A DNA stretch of 60,044 nt, the filler included, from Jimgerdemannia flammicorona (Eukaryota), in NCBI GenBank assembly GCA_003990765.1. It is 3 parts of 3 records of this genome, joined end to end, with 100 filler letters (N's around TTAATTAATTAA, not from the genome) between each part and the next. Parts side by side here need not be neighbours in the genome. Positions count along the whole stretch, not along the records: positions 1 to 19,950 come from RBNJ01001795.1; 2 more parts are not named here. The stretch is one strand, 5' to 3'. Below are positions 1-11,100 of this stretch, one piece after another (the stretch's first letter is position 1; the number at the start of each line of letters is the position of its first letter). Both the position numbers and the translations under genes were made by a program. The notes beneath the pieces are model-generated. The model saw only the letters and a list, made by a program, of their open reading frames with translations, searched no databases and was not told where the DNA came from.

Positions 1-340
1 GATCATGCGTTGCTGAGTTATGAAGGAAAACGTCTGAATCGCCGATTTTGGAAATTCTTTGATTTGCCGATTTTGGAAATTTCGTCAAATGGAACGTTTT
101 CCTTAATATCTCGGCAACATGTAATCCGATTTTAATATTCTTGGTATCATTAGAAAGGCCTTATTAAGGGCTTTCAAATAACACCAAGATCATCAAATTT
201 GGATGATTATTCATCAAGTTATTGATGTAAACATTTAATTGTCTAATTTGGAAATCAAAACAATGGTTGATTCGAATCTGATTCGAATCCGATTCGAATC
301 CATCCGAATCCCATCCGGATTGACTCGTTCGGAGCACTAT
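1..340. repeat. Non-coding repeat fragment with an imperfect hairpin and GATTCGAATC-type short tandem repeats; possible DNA-transposon or Helentron-like end
   Basis: Imperfect palindrome TTGGTATCATTAGAAAGGCCTTA/TTAAGGGCTTTCAAATAACACCAA at 141-187. GCCGATTTTGGAAATT occurs twice (about 40-82). GATTCGAATC is repeated at about 269-320. Family not identifiable by eye. Confidence 0.4.
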
Positions 341-341
341 C

Positions 342-2189
342 CACACCTGCAATAAGTGGGACAAACTTCATTCAAAGAAAGAAGTACTTTGGTTAAACCA
401 GCAAATAGGCGAAACCCTATTCACTGAACTCCTTGCACTACACCCAGCAAGTCAAGATGAAGAAGGTCTTATTGAAGCTTTCTTTACTCTTCTCAACAAG
501 AGTTTTGTCAGCTCCACAAATCCAAGCGACCTAGGACAACCAGCAGCAGTCTTTCTAGCCTTAGTTCCTCATGAAGCCCAAGCCTCTATAGCTAAGTGGC
601 TCAACTCTACTGACTTTCACCGCACCAGGACCAAGACTGCCTTATACTACTGATTCCAGAACAGCAAGACCTGCCATATCCTTAAAGAAGAAGCAAGAGA
701 AACCCTTCATCAACTACCTGACTCTGAATCTGAAGCAGGCCCTGCTACAGCCCTACCTGAATCTGAAACTAATACCGAACCTGAACCTGACTTTGAATTA
801 AGTCCGTCTGAAATCAGATATATAACTGATTCTGTCTACTTTGATACCGAGCAAACCCAATTACACAGGGACCAAACCGAAGAAGAGGAGGAGTATCTCA
901 GTGAATTCGATCCCAGATATACCACTGAAGGAGAAGTACCTCTATCAGGACAGAATATACCTACACAGCAACAAATAGTTATCTATCAAGCCCTCACTCC
1001 AGACCCACAACTACTACTCTAGTAACTTACACAGACCCAAAGAACCCCATTACACTCTGCACCAGTACCTCAAGTAGTACCAGTAACACCACTCCCAGCA
1101 GCCCAACCACCTCCAGTAAACAACATGGCAAATCAACAGATTCTAGACCTCACAGCCCAAGTAGCTATAATGGCAGCAACCATTACTGCCTTAGCTGAAC
1201 AGACCCAACCTACCAAAAATCTGAGCCTACCTACCTTCAATGGTACTGCACAAGAAGTCCAAAGCTTCATTAGTGTAGTTGATACCAACTTTGAAGCCAA
1301 TCAATGGACCAATGAGCAAGTTGCTAACTGCATTCTGACAAACAATCAAGACCACACCCTGGAACAACTCTTTGCTACAACTACAGCCTATGTCCACCAA
1401 GTTATTACATTCTTCTGAGGACCTGCTGAAGAATGGTGGCGAACCCTTCCTGAAAAACCCCTCACATGGGATACCCGACCTGCAGTAGTTGCCCAGAATG
1501 CAGCAAATAATGCCCCAGGATATGGAGCCCATCTTGCAGCCCCTGGACTCAAACAACTTATGATTACTCAATACCACAGCAAAACCATGATTGCTGAATC
1601 TTGAGTAAAACTGCGCAACCTCAAATTTAATGTATATGGCAAAGAAGAATTCGAAACCTTCTGTATAAAACTCGAGTCACTCCTGAACACTGTTGGCCTA
1701 GGATACATCACCAATGATGAAGCATGAAATGGTACAAGAGCAGACCATTTATTTGATGCCCTGCCTGAATGGCTTACTAGAAAAATCTGAGAGCAAGGCC
1801 GCCCAGTTGGTTGTGATCACCAACAATGGTGCCTGGCAAGAATCAAGATCATGGTCAAGTGAATCCTAACAGCTGGACCAATTCTGCCCCGAAGACAATT
1901 TAACAACAAGGAAAGGACTTGGACCAAGAAAGAAGAACCCAAGCATGAAGCATTCCAAGCTCCCTCCACATCCACCTCTTGGATACCCAGAAATCATGAA
2001 CCCACCCAGCCAAGTACCTTCAAGAAACTTACTGAAGGTAAATGGAACAAACTTCGAAGAAGCAGAGCATGCTTCTATTGCCGAAAGACAGGATATATGG
2101 CCAGTGCCTGCCCTAACTGAAAACCCTGAACAGCAACCCGAGCAACTGTTACTACTCTGCACCATCTCAACAACCTGACCACCAGAACA
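342..2189 (+). pseudogene. gag: gag with a long in-frame N-terminal extension
   Basis: The frame from 342 is continuous with the ATG at 1125 (MANQQILDL...SLPTFNGTAQEVQSF) and with the zinc knuckle at 2070. It is interrupted by TGA/TAG/TAA codons that fit C>T changes. Confidence 0.75.
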
Positions 2190-2597
2190 CTGGACTTTGT
2201 CAAGTTAAGACAAACTGCTAAAGCCCCAACCAAAGGAAGTCAAAAAGCAGCTGGATATGACCTATATGCAGCTGAAGAAGCTACAGTTTCCAACCGAGAA
2301 GTCAAACAAGTCTACATGGGAATTAGTATCCAAATCCCTGAAGGATATATTGGAAGAATATGCTGTTACAGCAGTCTAGCACTAAAAGGACTCTCAGTAG
2401 AAGGAGGAGTCATTGACGAAGATTACACAGGCGAAATTATTGTCCTCATCCGAAACTACAGTTGGACACTCTTCAAGATCCCTATTGGTTTCTGCATCGC
2501 CCAGATCCTATTCGAAAAAATTGAGTCAACCCTGACAGTCAAGAAAGTTCCTGAATTACTGCCTACTATCCGAGGATCCAAAGGATTTGGCTCATCA
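2190..2597 (+). pseudogene. dut: Retrotransposon-encoded dUTPase domain between gag and protease
   Basis: Trimeric dUTPase motifs AAGYDLY, YSSLA (RSS-derived), GGVIDEDYTGEI, IAQIL and RGSKGFGSS, all in the gag-pol frame. Confidence 0.93.
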
Positions 2598-2819
2598 AAC
2601 AAGACCCCAGCCCAACCTACTATGAGCAAAGAAGAACAATTCTACAAGAAGATCAAAGATGGATATGTACCAAGTGGCCGATGCCCTCATGGCATTGGAA
2701 TGTACTCTTCTCAAATGATTGATGATTGCTTCTCTTGTGTCAATGAACTGGCTCAAAGAAGAACCAACAGAAGAAAAGCTTCTACAACTGAAATCACCAG
2801 TATTGGATTAGACAAACTG

Positions 2820-5800
2820 CTCACCCTTAAGGCTTTTGTCAACAGAGCACCTGTCAAGATTATGATAGATAGTGGTGCCTCAGGCAACTTCATTAATGAA
2901 GAGACAGCCAACAGACTCAAGGTCTTCACCTCTCCGGTACAGCAAACTCAAGCAGTTGCTATAGCTGATGGAACCTCACATATTATTAGCAAAGAAGTCC
3001 ACAACCTACTCTTCTGAATTGGTGACTATCGAGTATATGTTACCCTCTAAATCGTACCACTTCCTGACAATGAAATCATCCTTGGGACTCTATGGTTAAA
3101 ACAAGAGAACCCCATGATTGATTAGGTAAACCATTCTCTGATCATCAAGAAAGGATGTCACAACTTCAAACTACAAGACAAAAAGGACCCACTCAACTCT
3201 AGCAATCCTGGACCAAAGATCACTCATATCAACAAACTATAACTCAAGAAATTGGCCAAGAAATGCCCTCTCTTTGCCATCTCCATCCATCTATCCAAAG
3301 GAGAACCTGAGAACTCTGAAGAAGATTTTTCCAAAGTTGACAGCTGTGTCAGACCACTACTCCAGAAATTTCAAGACATATTCCCAAAGAAGCTCCCGAA
3401 AGGCCTACCTCCCAAACGAGCAGTAGACCATGCAATCAAGACTATCCCAGATTCCAAACCAGCCTTCAAGTCAATCTACCACATGTCTCTGAGAGAAATT
3501 GATGCACTCAAGAAGGAAATTGATGAACTCCTAGAACAAGGATTCATCAGACCCAGTATATCACCCTATGGTGCACCAGTCCTCTTCGTTGTCAAGAAAG
3601 GAGGAGACCTGCGAATGTGCATTGACTACCATGATCTCAATGAACAGACCATCAAGAACTGTTGCCCACTACCAAGGATCGATGAAATATTCGATAGGCT
3701 CACTAACCCGCAATTCATGAGCTCCTTTGACCTGCGAAATAGTTACTGGAAAATTGCCATGAAAGAAGAAGATATCTACAAGACAGCTTTCCGAACTCGC
3801 TATGGACACTTTGAGTTCCTGGTTATGCCCTTTGGCTTAACTAATGCTCCAGCAACCTTCCAGACACTGATGAATACTATTCTACATCCATACCTGGACA
3901 AATTCATTGTTGTCTACATTGACAACATCCTAGTCTTCAGCAAAACCCTGGAGGAACATCTTGAACACCTTGAACTAGTACTACTGAAACTCCAAGAAAA
4001 CCAACTCTTTGCAAAGCTCAGCAAGTGCAAATTTCTCCTGAAAGAAATTCAATTCCTTGGACACATTGTCACTCCAAACAGAATCAAAGTAGACCCTAGC
4101 AAAATCTCTGCAATCAAGGATTGGCCCCAACCCAAGAAGCTGAAAGACCTCCAGTCATTCCTGGGATTAGCAAACTATTACAGGCAATTTGTTGCCAACT
4201 TTGCTAAAATCACTACTGCCCTCACTCAAATGATCAAGCATAGCAAGAAACAAGAACAACCCTGGATCATGAAACAAGAGAAAGACTTCAACAACCTTGT
4301 AAATTGGGGACACAAGCAAGATACTGCCTTTCAAGCACTGAAAGATGCCCTGATAACCACTCCAGTACTTCAAGCAGCAAATCCTACCCTACCATATGAA
4401 GTTACTACTGATATCTCTGATCTAGCTCTTGGAGCAGTACTCATACAAGAAGGACACCCTGTGGCCTATCACTCTTGCAAGTTCAATGATGCCAAAATCA
4501 ACTATGCAACTCACGAGAAAGAAATGCTAGCCATCGTAGACACTCTGATCAAATGGCGACCATACCTAGAAGGAGCACACTTCATGGTATTAACTGACTA
4601 CAAGTCATTAGTCAACATCAAGACACAGGCTACCCTTTCTCAAAAGTAAGCCAGATAGATGAAAGTCCTCACCAACTTTGACTATGAAATCCAGTACCAC
4701 CCTGGCAAGGAAAATATTGTTGCCAATGCAATCTCCAGACCACCAATTGAAGAGGTTATCCAAACTCTGACCTTGGTTACCAACACTATCATGGATCAAA
4801 TCATCGCAGCATGTGTTGATGATAAAGAAGCTCAAGCACTCTGAGAAATCCTGAACAATGATGATGCTGCCAAGCATACTCAGTATAATCAATACCAACT
4901 CAAGGATAATACTATCTACTATAAGGACAGATTGTATGTCCCAAACAACCAAGACCTCTGAAGGACTATCCTATTCGAATGTCATGATGCCCCTACAGCT
5001 GGATATTTAGGATTTGACAAATACTACGAAGTTATCTCCTGAAACTTCTATTGGCCCCATATGGCAGATCAGCTCAAAACCTACATCACTTCCTGTGATG
5101 CCTGCCAACAAAACAAGTCCTCAACACTAGCAAAACCTGACTTACTCCACTCTATCCCAGTACCATCCATAAATTGGAAACAAATCTCTATGGACTTCAT
5201 TATACAACTACCCTGAACCAAGAACAGGAAAGATGCAATTGTTGTCTTTGTAGACTATCTCAGCAAACAAGCCCACTTTGTGTCTATTACTACTACTGCA
5301 ATAGCACCAGACATAGCCACACTCTTGTTTGACAACATCTTCCACTATCATAGTCTTCCCAAAATCATTGTTAGTGACCAAGATCTGAAATTCACCAGCC
5401 ACTTTTAGAAAGCCCTCCATGCACACCTTAGAACAAAACTTGCACTATCCACAGCCTTTCACCCTAAAACTGATGGCCAAACCAAAAGAATGAACCGAAC
5501 TCTAGAACAAATGCTAAGGAACTATGTCTCCTACAGATAAGATGATTGGCATGAACATCTCACCACAGTCAAGTTTGCCTATAACAATAGTAAGTAAGCC
5601 TCTCTTGGAATGACCCCATTCTTCGCCAATACTGGACAAAACCCAAACACCCCTTTGACACTTATCCGAACTATCGATGAACCCTCCACAGTTGAAGCTG
5701 TTGAAGAATTACTACTCCGAATGTGCAATCTAAGCCAGATCGCAATCAAGAATTTATCACGAGCTCAAGAACAACAGTCACAGTATGTTAACCAACACCA

Positions 5801-6260
5801 CCGAGAAGAAACCTTTGACATTGGAGAAAAAGTTCTACTAGACATCAGAGGATACCAAGTTGACAACCTCAAGCACAGACCATCTACAAAGCTGAACAGC
5901 AAGTTCATTGGACTATTTGAAGTCATTGCACAAGTCTCTCCAACCTCCTACAAACTGGTACTATCAGATACCATTAAGATTCACCCAGTCTTTAATGTTC
6001 AATATCTCAAGTGATACAATGACAATGATGATGAGCTATTCCCAAATCAGACCACCAAACTACCTGCACCTGTCATCATTAATGACCAAGAAGAGTATGA
6101 AGTTGAACAAATCCTCAACAAATGTGGTAACAAGAACTACCCTGAGTACCTTGTCAAATGGAAAGGTTACCTGATCCACGATGCAACCTGAGAACCCAAG
6201 ACCAATCTCCAGAATGCTACTGACCTAGTTCAGGAATATGATTCCTTGAACAACTAGAAC
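2820..6260 (+). pseudogene. pol: pol (aspartic protease, reverse transcriptase, RNase H, integrase, chromodomain), disrupted
   Basis: ORFs 2316-3017, 3252-4649, 4659-4844 and 5610-6014, plus chromodomain EEYEVEQIL...YLVKWKGY...AT*EP at about 6090-6250. The RT catalytic motif YxDD has become YIDN. Confidence 0.93.
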
Positions 6261-6397
6261 CAAATACTCCACACCTACCCATATATACTATATATTATCC
6301 TCCCAAATATTATAATTATTACAAACCAAACCAAGAACTCAGCAGAACAAAATTAGAAGGCCCCGATGAGGATGTCAAAAGCTAAGAAGGGGAGAGT

Positions 6398-8140
6398 TGT
6401 AAGCACACAACCTCCAAGCCACTGAAATCACACATGACCTCTGAACAAATCTAGAAATCACCTGCTTGATCATAAAGCTGAGTCAAACTGAAGTCACAGC
6501 ACACAAAGCTGAGTCAATACAAAGTCATGGAACACAAGATTTATACAAACGGAATCTTACCAATCAGGAGCAAATGCATATATACTGAGCACCAAGATGC
6601 ATCGAATCAGAGAACTAAAAACAAACAACAACCACAACTTCCAAACACACAAACATGACCACTGAGATCTATACCTGCATCCGTACTGACATTTGGAATG
6701 CCATTGTCAACCAAGCTACACCCCCTCTGCCCCTCATGAATATCCATAGCCAGCACCCCTCTACTTCATGGAAGCCCAATGGAATGCTCTGAACATACTT
6801 AGCAAGGCCCACTGAATTGGACAAATCTCAAGCTACTACCAAATCGGCCACCTCCTGAAAGATATGGTTGAATACCACCATGATACAGACATTACTCAGA
6901 TGTCTCAACACCAGAAGCTCATCACCTGCAAACATCAAGAACTCTTCTATGAGTACAGTACCATTATTCCCTACCTCCGAGTTACTACCAGCAAAATGGT
7001 TGCTACCCTGTCCTATGGCCAAATCGATGATATGATACAAGAACTCAACCACAAGTACCTCGAGTATGTCGAAACCACAGACAGAACCTTCCCACACCCC
7101 AATGATCAAATCCTGCAAATGCCCCAAGTTGGATACACCATGAAGGATATCTATGATATAATCTACTTTGATGAAGATAAAGCAGAAGACAATGATCCCT
7201 CTGATGCTGACATGACCTCTAGCCAAGGATCTCTGCCAACCCTGATCACTCCGCCAACCTTGCCAATGAACTTATAACAGTTCATAACTACATATGAGAT
7301 TTATTGGGACAATGACCACTGGTACGAATACCAACCCACATTCACCCTCGACTACTTCAACTACAATGAAGAGACTGGAGAACACAACCTATACCTTCAG
7401 ACAACCCTCGAGATCGAACCAACCACTTCACCACCAGAGTATGAGTGACATGAACTACAGCCTCCAGTATACTACAACCCCACAACTCACAGTGCTGTAA
7501 CCTATAGAAGATACGCAGACAGTGAATCCAATGAAAATGAAGACAATACACCCATCCTTCGCCCACCAATACCTTATCCAGCATATGAGACAGACAATAC
7601 TATCCTGTGGGATGGAGACAAAGTTCCAATGTATTATTACCTCAGTGAACAAGGAGAAGTAATTCGCGAACCATTATTCCTAGATGACTACTTTATCAGA
7701 GATGATGCAATCGATGGTGAGATCATCAAAGACTACTCAGACAGCACCTAAACCCATAAATAGCCTAGCAGTTATAGTATAGTTAGATTAGCATTATATG
7801 ATGTGACTGTGAACTGACTCAGCAGTCAGATGATCTCTTGACATATCAGATTACACTTGTACTATATGACTGCATTCCGACTCAGCAAAGCACTAAGTGC
7901 TACATCCATATTTAGTATAGTCCAGATAGCCCCTCACGAGTATAAATACCCCCTCCCCCAGACCTCAGAATCTCAGACCTGAACACACAAGAACACTCCT
8001 GAATACTTCCTCACAATACCCTTCACACAACTACTCCTAGTATAGCAATATCATAAATAGCGAATAAACCTATTTAATAACCCACAAACCACTCTTAAGT
8101 AAATCCGCTCCCTATTAGGTCTCACTCCTAACTCTGTTAT
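6398..8140 (+). repeat. Putative long 3' LTR of gypsy element 1, containing a decayed accessory ORF (about 6655-7751)
   Basis: Starts TGTAAG right after the PPT, with TATAAATACCCC at 7941 and AATAAA at 8063. The 3' end is uncertain because there is no second LTR to compare. Confidence 0.6.
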
Positions 8141-8149
8141 GAAATTTCC

Positions 8150-11100
8150 TAATTGAGTATTGTCTGCAGTGATACACCAATTCAACTAAGTTGGTCTTAG
8201 TTTCTTGAACTTCCTGAAATATGGAATATCCTGAACATCCAGAACTAGTTCAAAAAAGGACTTTGGTTGAGACATCAACCCAATCTTGAAATCAATAAGC
8301 ATAGAGGACATACTCCATATGAAATTGATCTTGACCATAAGAAAATGGTCTTCCAGAATATCCTGAACCTCAAGAAAACCCTTCTAGAACTACATAATAG
8401 TTATCCTAAAAAGTAACCTTCTTACATCTACCTACCCCCAAGACAACCAAAGCTGACTCAATGGAGGAACTTGCCAAGCAGTTTACTGAGATAACTGTAT
8501 ACCTTGGTGATGTTATTAGAGAAGTCTGAAGCACCAACAGGAGACCAGTACAGATATTTGCAGCTGCTATAGAAGAATGTAATATTATATGCTTTAGATA
8601 TAGAGAAGAAGGCCACTATGCAAAGAGTTATATGACTAAAACAAGATGCAAAGCCCAATAAAGTAATACTATCAAAACTAGAGAACAAACCAATATAGTA
8701 GTCATCAAGGAGATTGATAATACTGATGATAAAGAATATTACAAAGAGCCTGAATTCTACTCTATTACTGAAGATACCAGAACCTAGTTTAAGCCCTATA
8801 ACAAGAAGAGCAACAGTAAGCCAGTTAGAAGACCAAAGAAGACTCCAGCTGTCACTATCTAAAGCAAGACCCAATCTGAGGAGATTGATCAAGATATGGA
8901 ATTAGATGAAGCTACCTGTCAAATCATTGAAGGTACTACTCCAGTCTTAGGAAAAAGTAAAAGTAAGAAGGAATAGAAGCTATACAAGATCAAGATCCAT
9001 TAGTATAATATCTATAAGGAGCTCAAGGAATAGAAGATCAATGCTACTTTTGGACAACTAGCTGAAGTCTCTGCCTTCAGACAGCAGTTGAGAGTAGGAC
9101 TTACAACCACTGTCAAGAACCAAGAATACAAGATCATAGAAGCTCACAATATACAAGAAGATGATCAAGAAGACTCAGGCAAAGAATCTGAAGATCAGTG
9201 TAAAACATCAGCCTATATCTCATGTCAGATTAAAGATTATATCTTTGATATTATTATTAATACTGGTGCTAGAGGATGCCTCAAAAGCAAGAAGGCAATT
9301 GAGTGCTTAGGCTGAGATATTGAAGAATTCATCAAGATGGTCTATGTCACAGCAGATGGTATATGAGCTATCCTCCTTAGCAAAATCTGAGAAGTCTCTA
9401 TTAAGATAGGAGGAGCTACCATCCCAGTAAATGTGATTGTTACAAGTGCTACTAACTATGATATTCTCATTGGCAACCAATAGCTTCACAAGATCAAGGC
9501 CATTATTGACCTCAATATCCAGAAGATGTAAATCAACTATAGAGAAAAAAAGATACAAGTCTCTATCAATGTCTATAAAGAAGTTCTACCAGATATGGAG
9601 GAAGAAGATAAAGAGGACATAGAAGTCTTCATATACTTAGTAAACAAGAACATGAACAAGACACCCAAGCTCATAGATGAGTAGTAGTATAATAAGATTA
9701 TTGATAACTATGTCTCTCAAGAAAGCAAGCCTGAAGAGTTTGCCTCAAGACTCTACATTGACTATAGAAAGCTCAATGCAATCATCAAGAAGGATAGGCA
9801 GCCCTTACTAAATATTCAAAAAATTCTTATCACCCTTGGAAGTGAAGCCAAATACTACACCACCTTGGATTTGTTCTCAGGCTTCTATCAGATTGGTCTC
9901 ACTCAAGATGCCAGTGAGAAATCAGTCTTTATCACACCTGATACCACCTATATCTACCTGTGAATACCATTTAGAATGGGCAATACCCCAGCAAGTTTTC
10001 AGTAAATAATAAATAGAGTCTTCAGCAATGAGATTGGAAAATGGCTCTTTGTCTATATTGATGATATGATTATCTTCAGCAATACTGCATAAGAATATAT
10101 CAACTATATATAGCTAGCTCTCAAGAAGCTCAAGGAGTATGGCCTCTATATTAAGTTCAAGAAGTATAAGTTTACAGCTCAGGAAATTGCCTACTTAGGA
10201 TACCTCATCAATCAGACTAGAATCCACACAGATCTCATGAAGATTGAGGCTGTTGCAGTCTACCCAAGATCTAGAATAACTACAGAAGTCCATGCCTGCC
10301 TTGGACTGGCCTCCTACTATAGAAGATTCATTAAAGAATATTCTAATATTGCAGCACCTATCTACAAGCTACTGAAGAAGGAGACTAAATTTAAATAGAT
10401 CAAAGAATGCCAAGAAATCTTCAATGAACTCAAGACCAGGTTGATCTAAGCACTCATCCTCAGAAGACCAGATTGGAACCTAGAGTTCATCCTACAGACA
10501 GATGTAAGTACTATAGGACTTAGAGCAGTCTTAGTTTAGAAGAAAGATAGACATGAATATGTTATCTCCTATACAAGCTGAGGTACCTGTCGAGCAGAAC
10601 AGAACTATGAGTTATATAAGCTTGAATGCTTAGCAGTAGTTTGGATAGTAGACAAGTTTCACTACTATCTAGCTGGGAAATACTTCACTATTCAAACAGA
10701 CCATTCTGCTCTTACCTGACTATTCTATACTCTGAATCCCAAAGAAATATATACCAGATGGATCTATAGGCTATAAGAGTATGACTATACTGTCAAGCAC
10801 CACTCAGGAAGAACTAATGCTAATACTAATACACTCTCAAGGATATCCTAAAATACCCCCATTAAGACTATTTAATATGAATAAGGAGTTATACTATAGA
10901 TTAATCAGCTATCTTAGATAGAAAAAGATGCCTAATCATCTCAAACCCTGGACAATCACCATTATTAACTAGACTTGAAAACAGTTTGAACTAGACAACA
11001 CCACACTCAGAAAAGAAAGAAAGCTTTTAATACCTGAATATAAAAAGTATCAAGTAATAAAGAAAGTATACAAATAAGAATATCTAAGAGGAACCAATAT

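Larger units (their letters stand above)
342..8140 (+). mobile_element. Decayed Ty3/gypsy chromovirus-type LTR retrotransposon (gag-dUTPase-PR-RT-RH-INT-chromodomain, PPT, putative long 3' LTR); 5' LTR absent
   Basis: Zinc knuckle CFYCRKTGYMASAC (2070-2111), protease [35 protein letters not shown] and YIDNI, RNase H, integrase ([18 protein letters not shown]) and chromodomain. PPT AAGAAGGGGAGAGT ends at 6397 and is followed by TGTAAG. Many in-frame stops. Confidence 0.95.
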
